Source: Toensbergia leucococca (taxonomy: Eukaryota). From it: a stretch of 20,000 bases of DNA. Under the pieces are notes generated by a model. It had not been told where the DNA came from, did not search any database, and saw only the letters and a list, made by a program, of their open reading frames with translations. This document shows, in pieces, positions 10,005 through 20,000 of this stretch. Positions within the stretch are counted from its first letter, which is position 1. The number at the start of each line of letters is the position of its first letter. A program made the position numbers and the translations under genes. The stretch spans positions 53,856-73,855 of the forward strand of contig JALDZS010000123.1 of NCBI GenBank assembly GCA_022813965.1, given 5' to 3'.

Positions 10005-12184
10005 ATGGCCTCTTCAACGCTATCGTATACCGATCTTTTGATCATTGGCGCTGGCCCCGCTGGCATGATGGCCGCCGCTTGGGCCAGTCAATACAATATC
10101 TCCACACGAATTATTGACAAGAACGACGCGAGAACCCCCACTGGCCATGCAGATGGCTTACAGGCGAGAACATTGGAGATACTTGACAGCTTTGGTGGTG
10201 CTGATGGTCTCTGGGAAAAAGGCTTCCATGAATTGGAAGTTTGTATCTGGGTTTGGAACAAGGCCTCTCCATTCGAGACTTATACCTGATCAGCTTCACA
10301 GAATCCCGACGAAAACGGCGGAATACGCAGAAGTCAAAGAGTGCTTTCACAGAAACGTGACCTAAGCAGGTTCAGCCAAGCTATCATCAACCAAGGAGCA
10401 GTTGAGCAGAATTTTATTGACCTCTTGAAGATAAATGGTAGAGTTCAGGTTGAACGGTGTGTAGTGACTGAGCAATTAATTTTCGACCAGTCCAACAAAG
10501 ATGCGGAAAATGCATATCCAGTCACCGTTGAAATCCGGGCTTCTCAGCCCGGAAAGAAAATATCGGACATGAAAGGCCACTGCCAAAGTGACTCTGAGGG
10601 AACAGGCAATGACTCAAGAGCCATGAACGGGATTGACCATGGCTCAATTGAGATTGTCAAAGCAAAGTATGTGATTGGTTGTGATGGTGCACATAGTTGG
10701 ACCCGGCGCAAGCTTGGCTTGTCACTCGAGGGAAAGCAGTCGGATCATATATGGGGGGTCATGGATATCATTCCTCTTACTGATTTTCGTGAGACTTTTG
10801 ATTGTCTGATCAAGGCCAAAGTGGCTAACTTCTACCAGCCGATGTTCGCCAATCTTGCGCCATTCATTCAGCAACATGTGGCAGTCTCATGCTGGTTCCT
10901 CGAGAAGACAGACTGAACCGTTTCTATATTCAGCTGAGTCAAGAAGGACAAACCTACGATCGTACCAAAGTGACGCCCAAAACAATGCTTCGGATAGCAC
11001 AAGGAATAATGAAGCCCTACAAAATCGATTACAGGTACTGCGACTGGTGGTCTTTGTATCAGGTGGGTCTGGATCCCCAGCACAGAGCATGCACAGTCCT
11101 GACTCTATCAGATTGGACAACGCGTTGCGCCCGAATTCAGTGTTGACAACAGGTAGAACTCGTCCGTATTTGTTATACGTTAAAAGTAGCAGTAACTAAT
11201 TATTGAGTTTCTAGGATTTTCCTCGCGGGCGACGCGGTTCATACTCATTCTCCCAAATTAGGTCAAGGCATGAACGTGTCCATGCAGGATACGTACAATC
11301 TCGGTTGGAAACTCGGTGCTGTTCTAAGTGGGAGAGCCCAACGCGCAATACTTCAAACATACCATTCCGAGCGTCGTCAAGTTGCTCTCGATCTTCTAGC
11401 CGCCGACGAGCTGTTTTCGCGCTATTATACTCGTGACTCTGCGAAGGGCTCGACTCTAAACAAAGCCGATCAGATGGATGCAAGCGACTTTGCGGCCATT
11501 CGAGAGGAACTGCATGGCTTTCTCTCTGGTGTCGGAGTATCTTACGGTCCAAGCGTGCTTGTTGCCAAGTCCAACGATGGTGTTCCTGTCGACACGAACG
11601 ACAACGAACTCGAGGACATTATAGCAAAGCAAGACTTGGCAGCAAACATCAAGCTGGGGGCACGCATACCTTCTTTCAAAGTGCTCAACCAGGCATGCGC
11701 AACTCCGGTGCATCTTGCTAAGATGCTGAAGAGCGACGGGCGGTGGCGTCTGCTAGTTTTTGCAGGAGATTTGAAAGACATTGCTCAAGCTAGACGGGTC
11801 AAGGAGCTTGGAGCTGCCCTCGCAACGCCGAACTCGTTTCTTCGCAAATACTCAGGCTCAGACCAGGCAGTCGATCCTGCCATAGAGGTTCTAACGATTC
11901 ATTCCAGCCCGCGCATCGAGGTGGAATTGTTCGACTTGGATGACATTTTCCACCCGTACGACGAGAACTTGGGTTGGGACTACTGGAAGGTATTTGTTGA
12001 TGACGTATCGCACCATGAAGGATTCGACGATGCATACTACAAATACGGTATCGATAAGCGGGAGGGGTGCGTTGTGGTATGCCGTCCCGACCAGCATGTG
12101 GGATATATCGGTGCTTTGGAGGACGTGGGGGACATGGAGAGGTACTTTTCGCGCATCTTGGTGCCTCATAAGTCATTTCTCTAG
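10005..12184 (+). CDS. FAD-dependent phenol 2-monooxygenase-like aromatic hydroxylase, ~655 aa, 5 exons: join(10005..10250,10302..10788,10839..11062,11112..11152,11215..12184)
   Basis: GT-AG introns give a 1968-nt open frame. Motifs: DLLIIGAGPAG (Rossmann), GHADGLQARTLE, YVIGCDGAHSWTR (DG motif), RIFLAGDAVHTHSPKLGQGMNVSMQDTYNLGWKL (GD motif). The C-terminal domain is of phenol-hydroxylase thioredoxin-like type (DGRWRLLVFAGD...WDYWKVFVDD...CRPDQHVG). Confidence 0.93.
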
Positions 12185-12449
12185 TTTGAGACTAGGTATT
12201 CTGATCTACTAGGTAGGTAAGGTATACCTGGATACCTAGAGGTTAGGGTTCTGGTGTATCTAAGGTACTTAGGGTTGAGATGATGTGCAAGGGCAGGGGT
12301 TCATGCCTGAATAGCGAGAGCGGATAGAATGATAGATCATAGAATGGGAATATAAATGGGCATTGAGATTTGGAGATGGCCGTTCAATGTCAGCACGCGC
12401 TGGTAGATTGATAGATAGGTGAACATGTAAACATGTACCTAAACAGGTA

Positions 12450-12494
12450 AATAGAAAAATAGAAGAATAGAAGAATAGAAGAATAGAAGAATAG
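12450..12494. repeat. Short tandem repeat (AATAGAAG)~5.6
   Basis: AATAGAAA followed by four AATAGAAG units and AATAG. Confidence 0.9.
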
Positions 12495-12674
12495 GTATCA
12501 CACGTGCAAGCATCTCTTACCACCTTGCCAAAGCTATGGCACCAATGGTATCCCCTCATCTATTCAAGCCTGGTAGTAACGAATCTTGCTTATCTAGCCG
12601 GATGTCGTGCATCTGATTGGACTGGACCTCTCTCCGACCCGGCTATCTTTTGTCGCTAAGATCAGCCCGATCTG

Positions 12675-12722
12675 CTAACCCTAGCCCAATCATCCCTGCC
12701 TCAACCAGCCCTAACCCTAAGT
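12675..12722 (-). repeat. Short interstitial telomere-like motifs (CTAACCCTAGCCC ... CCCTAACCCTAA)
   Basis: Two perfect CCCTAA units at 12709-12720 and degenerate units at 12675-12687. Opposite-orientation TTAGGGTT occurs at 12243-12250 and 12269-12276. Confidence 0.5.
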
Positions 12723-13739
12723 GACTCATTAACCCATGTGTCAAAAGCGCCAAGAGACACCGCCACTTTGGTCCAGATCTCATGGATCGACGTCACTCAT
12801 CAGTGTTTCGCTTAAGTCAACGACGGCCAGCTTAGTTGATACACGTCGGCGGCAGCCACGTCGACGCCAATGCACCACCATCCTCAAATCAATTCAACCC
12901 CTCTCACTTTCTCAAACACCACTTACCCCCGTCTCCCATCACCCATTCCCCTCATCCCCCACCCGTTGTCTGATCCGCCAAAGTCGCCGCCTCAGCTCTC
13001 CACAAACTCCTCCTCAATGCAAGCGTTATTACCCCTACCAGTCAATGACCAACAGCCACATCGCACCAAGACTTCCCCGCTTTACTCACCGTCAATCCCT
13101 TCGTCCCCGCATGCCACTTCAATGCGATCGGAAAAACTAGCTTTCTTCTTGCTGCATGCTAAAGACCTCGACGCTTCTTTCAGGCAGCCTCTGAACAAGC
13201 CAAGATGTACAGTTCAGCCGTTAGCTGTTGATTGGTTATATAAAATACTGCAAGACTCCACTATGTAGGTCTGACAGGGACTTTGCTGCCTCCTACAGCT
13301 CTACAAGTCTCGTCAACGTTGGTTTGAGCATCCTGCAAAGCCCAAGGATGACTGGCTAACATTGTTCTTTGCTCGTTCCCTGGCCGCCTCAAGCTTGAAT
13401 GCAATGCAATTGATATGGTCAGCGGTTGCAAATACCAACCCACCACCTACTTGGTGTTGGATCAACCCCCGCGCCGGCCTAAGATGCTGAACGCACTCCC
13501 TGATCGTACCTTGGCTCGATGCTGGCGCCTAGAACGAACGACTCTGCTGAGAGCTAGTTGATACTATAGCTTCTAGTAGAAATACTGAAGGTTGAACGAG
13601 ATCGACCAGGTAGATCGGCCCTGTCGTGCGGATCATGCAGCTCTCGTAGGTGTATAGTATATAGTTTCAGGCAAGCCGTCTTCATCCCTACTGTACTCAA
13701 CTTCCCCCGTTGCCATCAGGCGAGACATCCGTCGTCACA

Positions 13740-16574
13740 ATGGAGTTTTTCAAATCTTGCGTAGACTTCCTTCTACGTCTAAGCACCTTCTCGCCTCCGG
13801 CCGGGTTACCAATACTGCAGAATCCTGAGTCTACGCCAAAGGATATTGAGCCAGGTAATCATTTTCCGTCCCGGAATCTGACAAAAACTCCAAACACAAT
13901 CACTGATAGCGCTTTACTGTTAGGACCGAAGCTTGTACACAGTACTGATTACCCAGACCCTCAGGACGATGAAACAGCATGGCCAGTGGGTAAACCCTTC
14001 GACTATTGTCGGTATCCGAAAATGTCCGGATGGCAAAATTGTTCTGATCCCTACGATCGAGCATGCTGGCTCAAAAGAGATGATGGCTGGGGTCAATTCG
14101 ACCTGAACACAGACTTTGACTATGATTGGCCGACTGGTATACTTCGCAAGGTAGGACCTTCTTTTCCATAGCTTTGGTGACTTCATGCTCACCGTGTTCA
14201 GTTTGAGATCAATGTCACTAATGCCATCATATCGCCTGACGGTTTCGAAAAGATTCACGCAACAGTAATCAACGACCAGTATCCTGAACCTCTGATTGAG
14301 GCCTGCTGGGGTGACATGATTGGTGAGCTCAGTAGCAGAATACTTAGCACACCTGGAATCTAATACCATGCCTTAAGAGGTAAGGGTCAAGAATTATGTT
14401 GAAACGAATGGGACTACCATACATTGGCATGGTGTAAGACAATTTGAGACTAGTCAAATGGATGAAGTCAACGTTAAGTTCATCTGTACGCATGGGAAGG
14501 CTGCCTGAACTTACAAAGAAACCCTCAGGTGTAACGCAATGTCCTATCTTTCCAGCTGGGCACGGCAAGGAGTTTGGGGAGTTCACATATAGATTCCGCG
14601 CGACTCAGTATGGCCTCACTTGGTACCATAGGTATGATTGATTTGCAAGGCATCATTACATATTTTTCGAAGAAGACCTGATAAATAGTTCATATAGCCA
14701 CTACTCTCTGCAATATCCTGACGGCGTCGCTGGTAAAACCTAAACGAACTTGATCAAAGAATGATGACTTATTGACTGATTGCTAGGTCCCCTCAGCATC
14801 CATGGACCAACCAGCGCTCAGTGGGATGAGGAGAGAGACCCCATCTTCGTAAACGATTGGAGCCACAACAGTGCCTTTGCCGATTTTCATCAGGAACTGG
14901 TCGATGGGCCGCCTAACATGCAGAGTATTCTACTCGGTGGAGTTGGTATGACAAGAAGTCATGGCTTGTGAAACGAGAATCCGACTAATTCGATTGCGTA
15001 GGCAACTACAGCTCATGTCACGGCTCAAAGGACGATGATCCTCTCTGCACAGGAACAGCTTCAACGTTTGAGCTCATTGTAGTTGAAGTGAAGCGATATC
15101 TCCTCCACCTTATCAATGCCTCTACGGCGACATCATTTGTGTTCTCCATAGACGGCCACAAGTTAAAGGTAATATCGACGGATTTTGTACCCATCAAACC
15201 TTATGAGACAACGGCTTTGAACATCGCTATTGATACGTCAACATTCCTGCATACAAATCGACGTCCCCGCCCTACTGCTTTGCCATGCAATTTTATCAAG
15301 AGGATTGCAAATTGCTTACAAACTTGAAGGTCAGAGGTATAGCGTAATACTAGAGTTGAACGGTGAAGCGGCGTATCCGATCACTCCCGAGGGCAATTTT
15401 TGGATTCAAACAGGTGAGCGCATGGGATTATTTGTGCGAAGAAGTACTCATCAAACCTCTCAGTGCCCATGGAGGGTTGCGGACTATCGCAGATGGAGCA
15501 GAAATTCTATGAGACCGGAATCCTTCGTTACAACAGCACCAATGTGATAAGTCAAGCAAGACCTCAGTTGACCCCATGGCACTTCTCCATCAGACGTGAC
15601 GATGAGCCTTATGATAAACAAGTCCCTATCGTACCATGGAATATCGCAGCCTATCCTGCCAACAATGTTATGAACAATACATATGATGCAGCCCAGACTG
15701 CTAACCCTGTGAAGGAACATGGCAACGTTCAAAGATGGGAACTCAATTGGGAACCTATGTGGTAGGAATCTCGTGTCTCAATGTATGAATCTCTAATAAG
15801 CAAATGTGGCAGGCTGGATTTTGACGAGCCAACTATCATGCACCTCGACGAAACGACATACAAAGCGAGTTACGCAGTGATTGAATACAACTACTCCAAC
15901 GAGGTCAGTTCGTGACCTCGAGGATTGAACAAGCTGACTGACCTTGATACAATCCGTAGTGGGTCTATCTTGTAGTCACAGGTTGGTCTTTGGCCCACCA
16001 GAAATTCATTCCACGACCAAAGAATGCTAAAGATTGTAGGTCAACCTCGAAGGAACGTGCCGCCAGATAGGTTCCATTTCGCCGCGGCGCATCCAATTCA
16101 TCGTAGGTTCTCTCATAGCCCAGATAGCTTATAACGAGCTGAAAAGATTCAGTCCACGGGCATGACTTCGCCATTCTCGCTCAAGGAGACGATCCATATG
16201 ATGAATCAATCCACAGGAAACAATTCAAGTATGACAACCCACCACGCCGGGACGTTGCCCTACTTCCAGCCAGCGGCTTCATGGCGATTGCCTTCAAAAC
16301 TGACAACCCGGGCATATGGCTCTTACACTGCCACATTGGTACATCCCTTTTTCCGCGTGGCTAGGGTGACTTGGCTGACTTTTGTCCAGCATGGCACGCA
16401 TCGTCCGGCCTCACCCTTCAGATTATCGAACGCAAAGATGAGATTGCAGATACGCTGGGGCTGAAAGCATTCAAAAACGCACACCAGACCTGTTCTGACT
16501 GGGGCTACTGGCTCCTTTGGTCGGGCGGCCCAAAGGATTAGGCTGCGAAAGTTCAAGATGACTCCGGTGTGTGA
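13740..16574 (+). pseudogene. Laccase-like multicopper oxidase (CAZy AA1), ~13-14 introns, probably pseudogenised
   Basis: Reconstructed exons: 13740-14150 (possible in-frame intron 13855-13923), 14202-14322, 14378-14473, 14529-14631, 14698-14732, 14787-14945, 15002-15232, 15330-15413, 15464-15761, 15813-15903, 15960-15981, 16040-16102, 16153-16338, 16390-16574. Cu motifs IHWHG, WYHSHYSLQY, HPIHLHGHDF and WLLHCHIAWHASSGL are present, plus the ascomycete C-terminal DSGV. Lesions: donor TTAAGT at 14474, donor ATACGT at 15233, and TAG at 16539-16541. Confidence 0.88.
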
Positions 16575-18623
16575 TCGCTATAGCTTGGACTATGTAGAGT
16601 GGCAGGAGGCCAAGTTGTCGTTTGATGGATTCAAGGTCGTTGTTCCGTAAGTGGCAGGATCTGAGTGCTGAACTTCTCTTCATTGGCCTTTTTGATTACA
16701 CTGGTTTGCTCTTTTTAGGACTTGCTCTTCACTTCCAAGAGTAAGGGATTGATAATATGAGCCGCGTCCTGAGTCAAGGCAGAGAATGACCTACGGGAGA
16801 AAAAGCATGACGTCAATGATAATTTTCACACTCCTTAAAATGTTCTGCTACATAGTCCTTTCTTGATTCAATATCATGAAGTCTGTAATGATATATGTGG
16901 AGCATGTATGAGGGGGTTCTTAGATAAGTTATAACCTGACTTACTATAGAATTATCTGCAACCTTCAAATATGTAAATCATGACATTATACTTAATTAGT
17001 TATAAAAGTTACTTCATGTAATAAGATGCTCTTAGCTAACTAAGTAAGTGAACATTGTATGAAGTTTGTCATTATAGTTAAACTACCTTTCTTCTTTAGA
17101 ACATCATTATTATTATAATGTATGTACAAATTAAAGGTGATAAACTCTTTTAATTTATTTATGAATTTAAACTAATCTATGTATGATAATTCTACAGAGT
17201 GATAATACTATAAAATGTGACTGAGACTAATGCTGCACTCATTACTGTACAGCAAAATTAACATTCTATGCTCATTATTAAGCAGCAATAACTTAATAAC
17301 TTTGTTTATAATCTGTCAAAATATGCTGTTCTCAGTCTTTCTAAGCAAGACATAACTCTTATACAAGATATAATAACTCTCAATCAAATGAGANNNNNNN
17401 TTCTGATCTTCATTTATTTTTAGAGTGTCACACCTTGTTAAGTTACTGAAATAAATGCTGTGTTAATTGCAAATAATAAGATTATAAGATTTAGTACTTT
17501 CTTATATAAGAGCAATCTGAAGATGATAAAGAGTTAAATAATGTTAATAAAGATTATCACTTAAGTTCTTTGATCTTAAAAGATAAGAGTAACACTCATA
17601 TAAAGTGAATTGACAGCTCTTAATTGAGAGAGAGAAAACTGTTAAAAAAGAGAATAATAAATAATCTAATTGAGTTATAACAGTATGTATAAAGGTTTTC
17701 TTTTAATGATTAACATGCATTTGTTTTTCTTTTCTTCATACAGACATATCTTAAAGCACATTCATGTATCTTAAGTAAGATCTAACATCTCTTTATAATG
17801 CTTAAGATTACTATCTCTTATTTAAATGTTTACTTATAGTATTTATCAGTGAGTAAAGAAGTAAAGACAGACTCATAATTATTGAATGTATAAATTAAAT
17901 AAATAGATTAACAAATAATTTAATCTTATTCTGAGTGATTGTATGAGATAAAAATTCTACACTAAGAAACCATAAATTATTAAATATTATTATTATATAA
18001 ACTTCTCTTTTAAACTTAATTAACATTAATGTCAGTTATAAAGTCTTATTCTTTTTTCTTAAATCAGATGATTGAGAAGTATAAATAAGAACATTACTGT
18101 ATAAAAAATAAGATCTTTTAAGATGTGACTTACTTTGCTAAGTTTATCCAGAGAAGATAAGGTCTTTTCAGATGTGACTTGTTGAGTTTATACAGAAGTA
18201 AATGTCTTTACACTTTAAATTAACAATAAGATACACTGTTCTTTATGTGTTTATCTAAATATCTTTTAATCTGAGTTCTTTCTACTGTTCAGTCACTTTT
18301 ACAATGAATGCAGACTAAACTTTAGCCTTCTTTGTATAAGCTTCAACTCTTTAACAGTGACTTTAAAGAATAACTCTAAGACTGCTTACTACTTTTTCTT
18401 CTCAATGATCATCTTTCTTTGTTTAAAGAACATCTTCTCAGAGAAAGAAAGACATCACTTAAACGTGTATGCAGACTTCAGAATCTAAATTAACAGACTG
18501 AAGTTTAAGTCTTAGATTTATTTCTTTTAGAGATCTGATATCATAATAATTATACAGAACATTTTATACTCAGAGAGAAAAGTGTCAAAATTTAGCTAAG
18601 AATAATGTCTAACTCTGACTTAT

Positions 18624-19280
18624 TGTTACGGTGCTTTCCTAGGGCTAGGGTAGTTAAGCGAGGTTAGGCGAGCCAAGAACCCTAAGTGGCTTGGTATCAC
18701 CACGGTATATCTAGTGACTTCGCACCTAGATAGCTAGACATCATCTAATTACACTCAGAATTCGGAATCTCAAAAGAGACCCTAACACTTATTACTCTGA
18801 AGAATGAGAGTTTATATAAAGAGACAGTAAATATAATCTCAACATCAGAGAGACACATATCTTTTATTGATGCATCTGCATTAATCACAATTATATAAGC
18901 TTTAAAAGATAAGTTAGAGAGAAGCTTAAAGATGTTACTGATAAAAATAAAAAGACAGCTCTCAAAGAAATCATTTAAGTGTTCAGTTAAATAAGTTAAC
19001 AATTTATAATTTTAAACCTTATAATTGTTAATGCTTTATGCAATGTCAGACTGACTGTTGTTTAATCAGTGAATGATATCAGAAATAACTCTTTAAATCT
19101 AAAGATCAGTCAGTTTCTGTAAGGGTCTCTTTTAAGATTCTAAATTCTGAGTGCAATAGTAAATAAATAGCTATTTAGGTGCAAAGTTACTAGATATACT
19201 ATGATGATGTCAAGTCACTTAGAGTTGCTGACTTATATAACCTCACTTAACTACCTTAGCCCTAAGAAAGCACTGTAACA
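18624..19280. mobile_element. 657-bp non-autonomous element with 113-bp terminal inverted repeats (TGTTAC...GTAACA); MITE-like, or an unusual solo LTR
   Basis: 18624-18736 aligns without gaps to the reverse complement of 19168-19280, with 21 mismatches by hand count (19 transitions). It is flanked by AT on both sides (18622-18623, 19281-19282). The 431-bp interior has no recognisable transposase. Confidence 0.8.
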
Positions 19281-19282
19281 AT

Positions 19283-19887
19283 TGCTCACCACAAAAAGAT
19301 CACTTTATGCTCTCATGAAATTTCAATGATCTTTTCCTTAAAAAGGCATATTTCCTTGCCCTTATAAACTATGCTTGTACTTCTTCATGATCTATTCAGA
19401 TCATGATGATGATGGTGAGGTGCTTGAAGATGAGGATTCATGAATTTAAAACTCAGAGTAGGTGCTAGAGATTTGACTGATTCTCTGTAGAAAGTGATTA
19501 GTTTTGAGGTATTTATCTGAATTGATTTGCACAGCTTCATGCTTAAATTTCATGATTTTGATGTTGAAGATCAATCTCCGTGCTTGTCTAGCAAAATGAG
19601 AGCCTATGAATTATAAAATAGATCTCAGATTATAAGTTTCATGACTGATAAGATATATGTAATAATAGGAGTAGCCTTAAGTTTTTCTGATGTGTCTTTA
19701 TCATCATATACACTAATCACAAGGGTGTCAGAGTTGAAATCACAGTTAGAAATGGAGTTAGAAATAAAGGTGATCTTACTGAACTCGCTGGACTCAGAAT
19801 AGGTATTCTCATTGTCTGAAATGATCGAAGAAGCTATCGGTGTTGGTGCGATGGAGGAACTGTCATAATGAAAGAAATAGAAATGAC
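19283..19887 (-). pseudogene. Degenerate ORF of unknown product, truncated by the telomere and interrupted by the TIR element
   Basis: The minus frame starting at 19885 is stop-free for 86 codons (HFYFFHYDSSSIAPTPIASSIISDNENTYSESSEF...). Over ~200 codons down to 19283 it has 6 TGA, 1 TAG and no TAA despite the AT-richness, as expected from CGA->TGA or TGG->TGA decay of a real ORF. Confidence 0.55.
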
Positions 19888-20000
19888 TTAGGGTTAGGGT
19901 TAGGGTTAGGGTTAGGGTTAGGGTTAGGGTTAGGGTTAGGGTTAGGGTTAGGGTTAGGGTTAGGGTTAGGGTTAGGGTTAGGGTTAGGGTTAGGGTTAGG
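19888..20000 (+). repeat. Telomeric repeat (TTAGGG)n, right chromosome end
   Basis: 18 perfect TTAGGG units plus TTAGG run to the end of the window, with the G-rich strand oriented 5'->3' toward the end. Confidence 0.99.

Larger units (their letters stand above)
16900..19887. other. AT-rich subtelomeric block with RIP-like C:G->T:A hypermutation (degenerate repeat/gene remnants)
   Basis: Abrupt drop in GC at about 16850-16950. CG, CC and GG dinucleotides are visibly scarce. It contains degenerate reading frames and a 7-N gap at 17394-17400. The left boundary is approximate. Confidence 0.85.

Noticed and set aside
12450..12494. Tandem repeats as a CRISPR array or other prokaryotic system
   Set aside because: No spacers, and the context is eukaryotic, intron-containing and telomeric.
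12709..12720. CCCTAACCCTAA as the template of a telomerase RNA gene in the 1.5-kb intergenic region
   Set aside because: It contains the expected template word, but I could not identify a pseudoknot or P6/P6.1 elements. Such short motifs are common near chromosome ends. A covariance-model search and RNA evidence would be needed.
12819..12830. AACGACGGCCAG matching part of the M13 forward primer
   Set aside because: Only 12 nt with no other vector sequence, so a chance match.
12736..13268. Pro/Ser-rich overlapping ORFs of 132-134 aa
   Set aside because: Low-complexity C-rich intergenic sequence with two overlapping frames open and no recognisable motifs.
15233..16541. A-to-I RNA editing rescuing the laccase (AT->GT donor, TAG->TGG)
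   Set aside because: Stop-codon correction by editing is known in some ascomycetes. However, the TT donor at 14474 cannot be fixed this way, and several missense lesions point to plain decay.
18745..19002. 85-aa ORF inside the TIR element as a transposase
   Set aside because: Non-ATG start, AT-biased codons, and no DDE or HTH motif recognisable. It could at most be a mutated fragment.

Overview
Subtelomeric end of a chromosome from a filamentous ascomycete (Pezizomycotina-type GT..CTRAY..YAG introns, terminal (TTAGGG)n). From left to right the window holds: a possible last exon of an upstream gene; a 4-exon TRP/Yvc1-like cation channel gene (-); an intronless 1080-aa protein of unknown function (+); a heavily degraded monocarboxylate-porter-type MFS transporter pseudogene (-) that the ORF track does not reveal; an intact 5-exon FAD-dependent phenol 2-monooxygenase-like gene (+); and an intron-rich laccase-like multicopper oxidase (+). 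The laccase keeps all four Cu motifs but has two dead splice donors and a premature stop. A ~3 kb AT-rich, RIP-like mutated block follows. It contains a 657-bp element with 113-bp terminal inverted repeats inserted into a degenerate ORF, and that ORF is cut directly by the telomere array. All exon structures and alignments were derived by hand and no database searches were run.
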